Source: an uncultured delta proteobacterium (GTDB lineage: Bacteria > Desulfobacterota > Binatia > UBA9968). Taken from it: DNA of 64,000 nt. Where the stretch lies: positions 192,001 to 256,000 of the forward strand of contig CAVUZH010000014.1 in NCBI GenBank assembly GCA_963745835.1. The letters are read 5' to 3'. The first letter of the stretch is position 1. Every line of letters starts with the position of its first letter. The notes beneath the pieces were generated by a model that saw only the letters and a program-made list of their open reading frames with translations, searched no databases and was not told the DNA's origin. Shown piece by piece: positions 9,128-20,049 of this stretch. The translations under genes and the position numbers were made by a program.

Positions 9128-9593
9128 AACTACCAGATTTTAGTGCCATCAAAAGCGACGTCGCCTGTTCTGAAGGTAAGACGGCTTCGTATCTCTCCCC
9201 GGCGCCGCACTATACACCAACAGCAAGTTTCTTTAGACATCCTTGGCATATGCCCATCTATATCGGGTGGCCTCCGATAGGCCGATCCGGCAGATCTAGC
9301 AGAGATCCTAAGTTCCGAGCATCTTTTATCCACCCAGCGCCGCGCTGAACACTTCTACGAACACTGCCGGCCGCTTGTCAATTGGTTGGCGTGCCATGTC
9401 AATATTGACTACCCTTACCCTCAAACATGCGCATATGATGTCCTTGGAAGGAAAATTCATGACATTTAGGTCGGTGTCACTTTTGCGGTTAGCAATGGGC
9501 TATGCGTAAATTGCGGGACTTACTCCTCCCAACGATGAAGATCTATTACTCGTCTTTTCTTGCGTGACTTTATGCCGTAGCTTAAAGAAAAGA

Positions 9594-11246
9594 ATGGATC
9601 AGCAAGAAAAATTTCGGTCTCACACAAAAGAAGACCCCATCTCTGTGGCACTCGAGTCCCGCCACAGGTTCCAGTGGTGGGACTATCCGATTTTCGCAGC
9701 ACTGACTACAGCCCACCTGACGGTATTCGGCTTTGTCCTCTACCAATGGATCAACCAGATCGACAAAACCTACGCCAATTTTATCTTCCCGCTATTGGTG
9801 AGCACCGTCCTCCTGCAGCTTATACTTTGGGAATGGCGGTGGTTAGCCCTTCCGTTTATGCGCGTCCCGCGGCCGATACCTGCAGCCTCCGGTTGGCAGA
9901 TCGCTGTGGCTGTAACATTCGTACCTGGAGCGGAGTCGATCGAGATGCTCGATGAGACAGTCGAAGCACTCGTCGGTATGGATTATCCCCACGACACCTG
10001 GGTGCTCGACGAAGGGGACGACGCAGAAGTCCGCGAGCTCTGTCAAAGACATGGGGCGCGGCATTTCTCGCGCCGGCACATGCTTCAATACCAAACGGAA
10101 AGCGGCCCGTTCAAGTCCCAGACAAAGTACGGCAACTATAATGCGTGGTTAGCGGAGCACGGCTACAGGAGTTATGAACTCGTCGCGGCTTTTGATAGCG
10201 ACCACATTCCGCGCTCTGACTACTTGCAGCAAGTGCTCGGCTATTTCGCCGATGAAAGCATTGCGTATGTCCAGCCGGCACAGGCGTACTACAACCAGCG
10301 CGCAAGCTTCATTGCTGCGGCTGCGGCGGAAGAGACCTATGCCTACTATTCGTCAATCCAGATGGTTAGTTTCGCCGTTGGGTTTCCAATGATAGTTGGA
10401 TGCCATAACACTCACCGAGTCACTGCACTGCAGGAGATAGGCGGGTTCGCGCCGCATGAGGCAGACGATATGGTCATGACGTTGCTTTACAGGGCAAACG
10501 GCTGGCGAGGGGTTTACGTACCACAGATTTTAGCTCGCGGCCTTACACCCGTAGACTGGCCAAATTACTTGAAGCAACAGCGCCGGTGGGCTCGATCTGT
10601 ACTTGACTTCAAGATCCGTATTTTCCCGAGGCACGCCTCCCGGCTGCCGCTGCTTGAGCGCGTTCTCACGTACCTACACGGTCTCTATTATCTACAAGGG
10701 CCGTTTACGGCGTTACAGATATCACTTCTGCTTTTCATGCTGGTGACAAATCTCGTGCCCGACGGACCTGGAATGTTATTCTTGCTTCAGACAGGGGCGA
10801 TCTGGCTCACGGTGCTCATCTGCGATTTCTACCGGCAGCGCTTCTTTCTGGACCCAAGAAGCGAGTTTGGTTGGCATTGGCGCTCAGCATTTGTTGGCTT
10901 CGTGAAGTGGCCGTACTTCATGCTCGCATTTGACGATGCGATCCGTGGAAACTATGGAATTTACCCGATTACCCAGAAGACGCCGGCCTCTAGAAACGCG
11001 ATTGGTTTCGCTATCACTCATGCGGCGGTGCTCGTCTTAGTTGGCACTGCGTGGACCATCGATCTCTTTCGCGGCTCCGCAGAGTTCATACCGCTACACA
11101 TCGCGACCGGTTTCACGGCCATTGCGTCTCTTGCGGCCGTAATCACCTCATTTCGTGATTTTCCGCCACCATATGAGTCAGAGATTTACCAGCGCTGGAA
11201 TCGACGTCAAGAAACAGATCAGCTTCGGGATGCATATCCCGGCTAG
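9594..11246 (+). CDS. Cellulose-synthase-like processive GT2 glycosyltransferase
   Basis: VLDEG, KYGNYN, FDSDH, EADD and QQRRW motifs; N- and C-terminal TM helices; uninterrupted ORF. Confidence 0.88.
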   Translation: MDQQEKFRSHTKEDPISVALESRHRFQWWDYPIFAALTTAHLTVFGFVLYQWINQIDKTYANFIFPLLVSTVLLQLILWEWRWLALPFMRVPRPIPAASGWQIAVAVTFVPGAESIEMLDETVEALVGMDYPHDTWVLDEGDDAEVRELCQRHGARHFSRRHMLQYQTESGPFKSQTKYGNYNAWLAEHGYRSYELVAAFDSDHIPRSDYLQQVLGYFADESIAYVQPAQAYYNQRASFIAAAAAEETYAYYSSIQMVSFAVGFPMIVGCHNTHRVTALQEIGGFAPHEADDMVMTLLYRANGWRGVYVPQILARGLTPVDWPNYLKQQRRWARSVLDFKIRIFPRHASRLPLLERVLTYLHGLYYLQGPFTALQISLLLFMLVTNLVPDGPGMLFLLQTGAIWLTVLICDFYRQRFFLDPRSEFGWHWRSAFVGFVKWPYFMLAFDDAIRGNYGIYPITQKTPASRNAIGFAITHAAVLVLVGTAWTIDLFRGSAEFIPLHIATGFTAIASLAAVITSFRDFPPPYESEIYQRWNRRQETDQLRDAYPG

Positions 11247-11866
11247 GATAGTAATGGATTTCTGGTTATCAGCAGCGTGCCCCTTCTCGTACGAACAACA
11301 TTGGCCGTAAAGCATTCTCCTAAGGACACCGCGCGCAATTCCTGGCTGAATCAGAACATTCCCCGGGCTATCAACTGTTAGGTTTCACGCATTAGTCATT
11401 TGAAGGCCGAGCTTCCGCCACACATACTTATTCAGCTATAACCCCAACTCTGTGCCATCACACTGGGTTGACGGCATTGAATGATCTTTTCTTACGCGTT
11501 CCCCGGCGGGGATATGCGCGTCTAAGGCAGTCGAAATACACCCGACCATGGTTTTGCAGAAATTCGATGACGATCGTTTGCCGCTGCTTTCCAAGGCCGC
11601 ACTTAGAGCAGACAAATGAAAAAAAGCTTTCTCCAAGTCATCGACGGAGTACATTTCGAAATCGATGTTGAACTCTTGCTCAGTGTTACAAGCGGAGTAA
11701 CTTTTCGGGTTCTAATCTCGTATTGTTGTTGAAAGATGACCGCCAGCCGCGCGAGTAGGACGTTGCCGTCTCCGTCTTTCGCCACGCTGCTCGTTAACCC
11801 CACGTTAGATCGAGCGGCCGGGTATCGACCTAATCAAGATCAAGTTCCGTTTCAGTTTTGATCATC

Positions 11867-12333
11867 CTAAAAATCTCCCGGCGGCTTTCGGCGGCATTTT
11901 GCTACTCGATATTTTTCGAAAGGATCATCATCATTCGGTGAAACTTGTTTGACCTTGCTGCGCGACGCCGGCGAGCAGCCGAACTCTGCCAGGCCTTGCC
12001 GAAACGAATCGAAAGCGGTCTTTGCGATTACTACCTGTGACTTGGCGCATTCGCCACTGCTCTCAGTGCGATGCGTAAACTCGGGTTTCAGCTTGTCGAT
12101 TCCCTACGATATACTGACCACCGTTCGCAGATTGCCGCGAATAGAAACATGTTGAGAGACGTTAGAACGCTGATCTTGACCAGCTGCGCATCCCAGCACT
12201 CACGGCCGTAATCGTCCAGCCATGCCGGCGCTTCTAGTTCATTTGGAGGTTCTGGCTGCGGTTCATCCAGGTTTACCCGATCTTTTCGGAAGGTTCCGCG
12301 GAGAATCTTTGATGCAGTCGGTGTTCGTCTCAT
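11867..12333 (-). pseudogene. Phage terminase small subunit (P27 family), frameshifted
   Basis: MRRTPTASKILRGTFRKDRVNLDEP...APAWLDDYGRECW, continuing in another frame as LAEFGCSPASRSKV...DDDPFEK. Confidence 0.8.
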
Positions 12334-12334
12334 C

Positions 12335-12445
12335 TAGTAGGGGTCCTTTTTAAACATTGACAGCGTCAAGACAGCGGGCTTAGCTGGTAACCCGTTGAAA
12401 AAGCCCTGGAGAATTGACCCGCCGCCTTACCCCCTGCGGCACAAG
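12335..12445 (-). other. Putative cos/packaging region between HNH and terS
   Basis: Non-coding GGGGGTAAGGCGGCGGGTCAATTCTC on the minus strand at the HNH-terS junction, the usual cos position in HK97-type systems. Confidence 0.35.
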
Positions 12446-12538
12446 TGCCTGCTACTAGCCCAGCCATACATGTCCTTTGTGGGGATTAGATCGGTCTTGT
12501 TCTTGCGCAGAGATCGGTCAATGTGAACGGAGGTGAGG

Positions 12539-12670
12539 ATGCTAACTGACTCGATCATAAGGATAGCTATGGTGGTTGGATTTCTATCGGCCATGATTCT
12601 TTGGCTCTATAGTCAAAGGGTTTATCTTCTGCCCCATCTATTGTCGATCAATGCCGTTTTTCTCGAATGA
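12539..12670 (+). CDS. 43-aa single-TM peptide
   Basis: GGAGGTGAGG RBS; MLTDSIIRIAMVVGFLSAMILWLYSQRVYLLPHLLSINAVFLE*. Confidence 0.45.
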   Translation: MLTDSIIRIAMVVGFLSAMILWLYSQRVYLLPHLLSINAVFLE

Positions 12671-12912
12671 CACTCACGACACGACGCCTCCAGGTTGCCT
12701 CATCATCGGTCCCGCCGCGCGCCTTGATAAGCTTGTGGTCAACCGTATTCGAGGGTTCCAACCCGCATTTCGTACACAATGGATTCTGCTCCAAGCTCGC
12801 CTCCGGATCTTGCGCCAGGCGCCACCGTAACCGCGAGCCGCCGAGTTCGGTCGCCTCTTTTCAGGATCAATCCAGTTTCGAGGTCGAAGTACTTTGCCGC
12901 ATATGGGCTCTT
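12622..12912 (-). pseudogene. HNH endonuclease (packaging type), copy 1, frameshifted
   Basis: Across frames: WIDPEKRRPNSAARGYGGAWRKIR...PLCTKCGLEPSNTVDHKLIKARGGTDDE...CRECHSRKT. Confidence 0.8.
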
Positions 12913-13001
12913 CTGTGGCGCCTTTCGTCACCTTGACTAAATACGTGATTTTGATATTAACGGCGCCCGCTTGGGGAAGATCCGGGAGACACATCGCTTG
13001 A

Positions 13002-13151
13002 ATGAAGTCGAATAAATCACCGAAGCGTCGGCGCGACATATACGTTCTTTCCATCCTAATCATCGGCGCGCTACCGCTGACACTCATCGTGGCACTGGCG
13101 GTGTATTTATTCGTCTCATACGTGTTCGAGCTCTTGCTCGCTGCCTTCTGA
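13002..13151 (+). CDS. 49-aa single-TM peptide
   Basis: MKSNKSPKRRRDIYVLSILIIGALPLTLIVALAVYLFVSYVFELLLAAF*; GGGAG upstream; positive-inside N-terminus. Confidence 0.5.
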   Translation: MKSNKSPKRRRDIYVLSILIIGALPLTLIVALAVYLFVSYVFELLLAAF

Positions 13152-13385
13152 CTCGGTGCTAAAACTAACTCTCATCAGCGTTGGCACACTGGTATTCCGT
13201 TCTCCAGATCTCCAAAGAATTGATCCCGTTAGGGGATACCGCTAGGTTTTCCTCATGCGCAGAGCTAAGTTGAAACATTTGCCCGAATTAGATATGGGCT
13301 TGGCAGCAATCATTTTGGATTGTCGTGATCGGGATTTTTTAATCATAGCACTGCTGAGATGCTGCTAAGTAGTTCATCTTCGCCC

Positions 13386-13667
13386 CTATCGGTAATGAAC
13401 TAGCGCTGTCTTTCGGTTGTGACACTCACGATATAGCGCCTGCAGATTGCTTTCGTCATCGGTTCCGCCTTGTGCCTTCGTGAGAATATGATCAACAGTG
13501 TTGCTCGGCGCCTGGTTGCATTTCATGCAGATCCGGATGGTGCTCTAAAACGCAAGCGCGAATCTTCCGCCACGATAGCCGTAACCACGCTGGGCTGAAT
13601 TGCCACGCCTCTTTTCTGGATCAATCCAGCCGCGAGGCTTTAGCGTCTTTGCCGAATAGGGGCTCAT
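13386..13667 (-). pseudogene. HNH endonuclease, copy 2, frameshifted
   Basis: MSPYSAKTLKPRGWIDPEKRRGNSAQRGYG...ICMKCNQAPSNTVDHILTKAQGGTDDESNLQALYRECHNRKT. Confidence 0.8.
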
Positions 13668-14559
13668 CTATTCCGGCCTTTTCATCGCCTTGACTAAAAA
13701 CCTGTATTTGATACGTACCCCGCGCATTTTTTGCACCGGGAGGTTCACATGACCAAACTGCGCAATTGGTGGTCGAACTTCGGCGAAGACACCATGCTTG
13801 TTTCAGCAATACTCGGTCTTGTGCTCGGCCTTTATTTTCTCGTTGCATATCTCTTCATCCGGACCATTTGATGCGGGTTGCGCCATAAACTAACTCTGTT
13901 CATGACTGCCAACTGGTAATCACCTAAGGAAAAGTGAAGATTCATCCCCGCTTGGCTTGATCTATGGCTCGGCCTAATCAATCGAGATCACTCATCGCCA
14001 ACTTCGCAACTTCGGGGTAGTTCTCTGCAATCTCTTTGCAATGACTCACGACCCGGCCTCCGTTGCGATCATTCTAGCGTCCGCCCAAATCGTAGCTCGC
14101 TACTGGTAGCGAACCAGTTCTAAAACCATCGCTTTCGATACCGTCGCGAATCCGTCTAAAGTCATGATTCGCCTTCTCCACTTCCCTGAGCCCGAGAAGT
14201 TGCCGTTTGACCGCTGCGAGAACCGGGGGTCGTTTAGCGGCGCAGGCTTTGAGACTCTCTTGGCTGAGCAGCCGATCCTCAACAGACATGCCGCCTTTAA
14301 ATCGCTTCATCAAATGAAACGCTCACGGCCTTGGAGTTCTTCCAGCTCCTCGTGGATTGACGATTTTGTATCGATTTCAAAACTGGATTCGATGGCCGCT
14401 AAGGTCTCTGAATCGTTGGACCGCGAGTGATCTAGCTTTGATAATTGGTGCAAACTGTCGCCGAAGGTCATCAGACGATTCAGTCTTGGCTGGTCTTGAG
14501 AGTCGCGCACGTGCAGAAGCGCAAGCCTTCTTCCACAATTTCTCGCTCTCTTCGTTAAG

Positions 14560-15135
14560 AATTTGATTCAACGTGCGCGTGAGCGTTGGGGCATCGCCGC
14601 TGTCTCTGTGATTTCCAAAGAATCGTAAACAAAAAGTTCCGCATCCCCGCTCACGCATCTCGACGCTGAGCTTATGCCGGTTTGCATACTGGCATTGATA
14701 GGCGTCTCTCACCTCGTGGATTGTGGTGGCAACAATGGCTTTTGGCGCGAGACCGCGGCGAATGCATATGTATTTGCCGTCGCGGGAACAATAGCCGTCG
14801 ATGCGGGAGGGATATTTTATGCAGCCGTAGAACTCTCCTCGATAAAGTAAAGTTCCGGGATATCGTTTATCTAAAGCTTAATCCCTGCCGTTTCCGCTGT
14901 GAACTCCGCGAGTTGACGTTCGATTGGGTTTTCGTCGTGTTTGCTGATCATATCGTAAAAGTGCATTTTAAGCTCCCTGTATTCACCGGGCGGCGCGCCG
15001 GCGGGCGGGCTCTAATCGCCAGCGGTGCGCCGGGGTTCAGTAATGGCTTTGGCCGCGGTCGTAGCCTGCTTCCGTTGACTACGTTTTTCTTGTTTTCGTT
15101 GTGCTTTCATTTTTTGGTCGCTTCACGGTTCATTT
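14560..15135 (-). pseudogene. Zincin (ImmA/IrrE-like) metallopeptidase remnant
   Basis: AIVATTIHEVRDAYQ (HExxH with CAC>GAC) followed, after a frameshift in a G run, by ERDAELF; boundaries approximate. Confidence 0.4.
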
Positions 15136-15726
15136 TCCTGAAATTCAATCCAGACATTTTCCGACTCCTTTAACTTGCAATTGAGCGCCGGGCTTCCCGT
15201 TCCTGGCTCACGATCCATTTTTCGAGCGCTTCCTCGCATACTCGAAAAGTTTTTTTCTCTTGCCGCTGCGTACGAACAACGCGGAGATTGCGCCGGCTGT
15301 GATCATTATGATGATGGTCGATTCGTGCAGCTGCAATTTGAAAGCGACCTAGCCAACGGTGAGCAGCTGCCCGGGTGCCGCGACTTTCGGCTTTGCCTTC
15401 GTCGGCTTCTCCTCAGGAATGTTCTGCTCAAAATTCATTCGCGACTCAGCTTTCGTAGAAAACTCAGACGCGCCGCCACTGGCCTCAACTTTTCCGGCAC
15501 GCTGCGATCTCGGTGTCGCACAGCTTCAAGATCAACCCCAAACAGCCGGCGCCAGATACCAACAATCTGATTCAGTTCGTCCGATTGGTTCTCTGGCAAG
15601 ACTGTTTCAGCGAGTTACTGAAGCTCGGCTGCACGCTTGAGCCTTTCGAGATGCTCTTCCCTTTCGCTGACATTGCGGCCTTGCGCTTTTGCGGTTGCAA
15701 TAGCCAGGTCGCCCCGCCGGATTCGA

Positions 15727-17669
15727 TCAACGAGACTCATTCCAGTCGTTCGCTTTCCCAAGGATCGGATTCTGTTCCCGAAGTATCCGGTTTAAGATTC
15801 TGTTCCTTTCTGTTCCCATTCTGTTCCGAGTTTCTGGGGAACAGAATTTCGTCAGCGTTAGCAAGGGTTTTTCCCGATTTTTTCGATTCTGTTCATGCTT
15901 TTCCGCGTTCTTCTGTTCCCTATAGGGAATAGAAAGAGAAGACGTAGTAACGTGACTATGCGTAACCGTGGTCAGGTCCGCTGCCAGAGAGTAACAAAAA
16001 GGCTTGCCCTTCTTACCGTCGCCTGTACGTTCAAATTTGCCGTCGCGAAAGAGCTGCCTTAGAGCCTTTGATACGATTATGGTCCCCAACGGTAGAGCAT
16101 CCGGGACCGCCTTTTCGACCACGTCGCCGCCTTCCATTTCTACGAACTCAAGAATTTTCGGCGCGGCTTCTTCGATCTCCGCGTCTTCCATCGTGCCCTG
16201 GATTTCGATTCGCCCTGTTGTTTTGTTAAAGCCGATCGCCGTCTCGGAAAAGTTTTCGCCGCCGCGTTGGTCTGATCTGAGAATCCGCCGCTCACTGTTC
16301 GGAAGGCGTTTCAAAAATAAATAAGTGTAGCAGAGCCCGCGAATCGCCGTGCTGCCGATCGCCGCATCAAGATCATCGGCTGATTCTTTTTTTGCGTGAT
16401 GCAGCATCATGATGTGACAATTCCCCTGACGCGCCGCATCGAGTACGGGCTCAATCTTGTTCGTGACTTCCGCGTAGTCGTTCAGATCTTTAAACCTAAG
16501 CAGCTTCTGTAGAGTGTCGATCACAACTAGCTTCACGCCTTTTTGTTTGATGGTGTGCAGTAGCCAATCGATACAATCGCCTGGCGCCGATCCGGCGTGG
16601 AGATAAAGCGGGCCTGATTCTCGTAATCCAAAACTGACAAAAACGTCAGCAATCTCAGAAAGAGAGCCGTTAAGGAAAAGGTAAGCAACCGGACCTTGCT
16701 GGATTGCACGTCCTAAAAATGGTTCACCGCGTACGACGCACATACATCAATCACCAATCGTGAAAGTTTTTCGACCTTCGGGTTCGCTACGACAGCCGAA
16801 CCGCCGCCAACCGGTAAGCAATCCTCAACTACCCAACGCGTAGGAGCCTTAGGCGCCTGAAGGATGTCTTTCGCGGTTAATAATTCAGGCCATAGATTAG
16901 CCTGCCCTTTGAGCTCGACGGTTCTGGTAAATGGCGCCGCTGCTTCTACCACCGCTAAGAGATCCTCTTTGCTGTGCGAGCTGAGATAATCTGAGACGTC
17001 ACCCTTTTGCGGTAGATCCGGCAGAGAAATGAGTTTGACTGATTTCGCCAGGGGTAACAGCGATCGCGCCACCGAAAGGCCATGCTCTCGGCCCGGATCG
17101 TCATTATCCGGAAAGATGACAACGTGCTTGCCTTTAAGAGCTTCGCTGTAGGACTGAGCCCATTTACCAGCACCGCCGATGTTTGTTGTGGCAGCTAGAG
17201 CAAGCCCCGTTAGCTTATCCGCATCCTTCTACCCTTCCGCAATGTAGACAATTTCCGAGTTTAGAATTTCCGGAAGGCGATAAAGTACCCGGCGGGTACC
17301 ATTCATGCCTGGAATAAATCGGCGGCTGACAACATCAAAGCGTTTTTGAAAGACGTTTTTTGACCTAGTCCGGCAAGCTCGATAGAGTGGCTTCTGACCT
17401 TCGTCAAGGTAGACATACCGCGCAGTGACTGGATCATCCTTTGAAGGCCCACGATTCTCATTCCCCGCTAGATCGCGCCATGTCAGATTTGCTGCATCGA
17501 TTATGGTTTTTGTTGCGCAGCCGGCTGACATTTGAGTAGGATCTCCCGCCTTCGACTTCGGATCTGCTTAAGGAGTTTTTTTATCTTCGTTAGAAGGGCA
17601 GCGAACCTTGAAGCTGCGGCCGGATCGCTGTGGATTGTCGAAGCGCGCGATGACTTGGTCCAGCGTCAT
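15727..17669 (-). pseudogene. Primase-helicase (Zn finger, Toprim, AAA_25), fragmented
   Basis: FKVRCPSNEDK, VYIAEG, LPDLPQKGDVSDYL, LVVIDTLQK, MMLHHAKK, AAIGSTA; several frame breaks and stops. Confidence 0.85.
15770..15934. repeat. Iteron cluster, putative replication origin
   Basis: TTCTGTTCC at 15770, 15798, 15808, 15819, 15911 (TTCTGTTCA at 15887); inverted copies at 15837 and 15925; TTCTGTTCCC-TATA-GGGAATAGAA palindrome. Confidence 0.75.
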
Positions 17670-17837
17670 CTTATAAACCTTCCCGGATCTTGCTGAGTAC
17701 AATGCGGTATTTCCCTATAACAAGCGCAGCGGATTCGAACAGAACGTCGAGGCAAGTTTCGACTGACTTTTCGGCCTCGACTTGATCGCCTTCAGCGCCG
17801 CGCAAGAACGTGTATGCGATATCATCGAGTCGGCGAA

Positions 17838-17854
17838 TTAACAATAATTGTTAA
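17838..17854. promoter_or_regulatory. Palindromic operator-like site at the divergent junction
   Basis: TTAACAAT-A-ATTGTTAA perfect inverted repeat. Confidence 0.35.
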
Positions 17855-17928
17855 CGAATAGACTATGATGAAGAACGCTTTGCGAAGACTTGCCTCGAAA
17901 CCAAACACGAAAATAGCAGACTGGCTGC

Positions 17929-18600
17929 GTGGCGCGTGCAGAAGTTTATGCTGCGCTTGCGAACGTGGCGGATCTGTCAGAGCTCGAGTCGTGGCAAAAA
18001 GTCAAGCTAGTCGCCGATGCTTCGAAGGCTAAAGTGGTTTCCAATCTCGCGAAGCAAAAACCGTCGAGGCAAAGCGATTATTTGCATCACTTAAACGAAA
18101 TGGAATACCGCCCGAATGGCTGGTACTCGTCGAAATTCATCCTTGGGCTCACCGATTCATCAACGACATTCTCGATCATGGTAAAGCTGATGTTAGGGAA
18201 TTTCAGAAACACATCAGCCGACCGGAGGAAATATTTATATTGGAAGATTTCGGAACCTGCGTTTCATACGAGCCTCAAGGTTTACGTAAACAGGTTTGTC
18301 AGAATCTCTGGGAGACTCACCACGTCTGAAATTTTCCTATTTCGGCGTTGTCCGATCTGCCGAACAATTTTCGTGATGAATGGCAAGCAAAAGTATTGCG
18401 ATCAGAAATGTACCGCCCGGCCGGCTGGACCCCGGACAGATTATATGCGCGGATACATGAAGGAACGACGAGCGGCATACGGGAAGAAAAGCGCGAGACC
18501 TGAGGCAAATCGCAATTACCTTTTCTGGTCCCACTTTCGGATCGCTTCCCTTTTTGCCTCGGGAATCTTCGAATCCAACTCTTTGATGCGTTTGGGATAA
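17929..18600 (+). CDS. CGNR-like zinc-finger protein, possibly a satellite regulator; ends may be frameshifted
   Basis: FRRCPICRTIFVMNGKQKYCDQKC followed by a basic helix. Confidence 0.5.
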   Translation: MARAEVYAALANVADLSELESWQKVKLVADASKAKVVSNLAKQKPSRQSDYLHHLNEMEYRPNGWYSSKFILGLTDSSTTFSIMVKLMLGNFRNTSADRRKYLYWKISEPAFHTSLKVYVNRFVRISGRLTTSEIFLFRRCPICRTIFVMNGKQKYCDQKCTARPAGPRTDYMRGYMKERRAAYGKKSARPEANRNYLFWSHFRIASLFASGIFESNSLMRLG

Positions 18601-18642
18601 GGAGATCATTTGCTCAGCGATAATGTTAATCGCCCGAAGAGT

Positions 18643-19836
18643 CTACTGGACAGCCGTCTGAGGGAATGACTTGGCCAGCGGAAATTCCGGATGAGGATTT
18701 ACAAACTTAAGATTTGTGGCTGAAAGGCTCACAATATTCCCCGCGCGTTTAGAGTCGTACGATCGAAACTAAATGTTAGCAAATTTACATGTTGACGTGA
18801 CGGATTCCAAAGAGCCTGGCGGCAACTGCTTGAAAGCCGGCGCCTTGTTGCAGTTCTTCCCAATCCTTGTCCTCGACCTCTTCAATCAAACAGTTAGAAA
18901 AGAAGGGCGTTTGCCACAAAACTGAGAAGCGCCCTTTTTAAGATCATCGTATATCGCCTCGAGAACCTTGCTTGCTTCTGCGCTTTCGCATCTCACGATT
19001 GTGGTACTTTCCGAGCCACTAGCAACAGTATAATAAGCGAACGGACAGTGTAAAGGGGCAAGTGCCTCTGCTAACCCGAGGTGGGATTCAATACGTAAAT
19101 CAGCAGGCAACTTTTTGATTTCAACATCCAGATTCGCAACCTTTGCGGCATAACGATCGGAGCGTAAAAGTTCTTTGATCGTATTTGCTAAGGAGCCGAA
19201 TAAAGCTTGATCCGCCCCCATTCTACCTTCTGATTTGATCAAGACAGCAACACGTCGGCCTGTATCCTTCAACTCAGCGAAGAGAACATCCGATAAAAGA
19301 TAAAAGTCACTTTTCCTAATCTTACGTCCTGCATCAATACTTTTTCTTTTGCACTCGATCTCTACCTGCAAATCGTCCTTATACTAGTAGATCGTAATCT
19401 CCAGATCCCGCCAAATCGATGAACTTTACGTCATAACCCCGGTTACAGAAGTGAATTGCGATTTGAAGTTCGAACAGGAATCCTTTGATCGATTCATCAT
19501 CAAAAATACTTCCTCTCAACCTTTTTAAGACTTGTCCGATGCCTTGTGCGCAATACGATTAAGCAGCTTGATATAGGCATACATTTGCGAAGAATCAGCA
19601 TCAAGGTGCTTCCGTATCGTTTTACCCTGCCTACTTAATTCTAAGTAATGCTTCACGCAAACAGCCAAAGGATTCCGCTGGCGCAGATAGTCTCGATAAA
19701 CATCAGCGATAGAAAGGGATGGTAGTTTTTCATATTTGAGGAGTTTTTTTCGCCATCGTTCTTACGTCGTCCACTCAAAAAACCGCCTGAGCTCACGTAC
19801 TACTTCCTTGTCATGCATTTCCGGATTGAATCTCAT
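18643..19836 (-). pseudogene. PD-(D/E)xK restriction-endonuclease-like protein, fragmented
   Basis: GFLFELQIAIHF..RGYDVKFIDL...DYDLLV...QVEIECKRKS across frames; low GC; stops and indels. Confidence 0.55.
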
Positions 19837-20049
19837 TTCCCTTCCTACTCGCGTTTAGAAAACCTTGAGCAGGACTCTAGTTAAAAGCTATTCATTTGAA
19901 CACTATTGGAACAATTTCTATGCGGAATCGTGCGGAAAGCGGAATGTAACAGAAACAGCAGGATTCATTCAAACAGTGAAACACAAGCGAACACGGGAAG
20001 TTATTGCTAACTCCCCGCTTTCGCTTCAGCTTTGACAAATCGATGTTCA

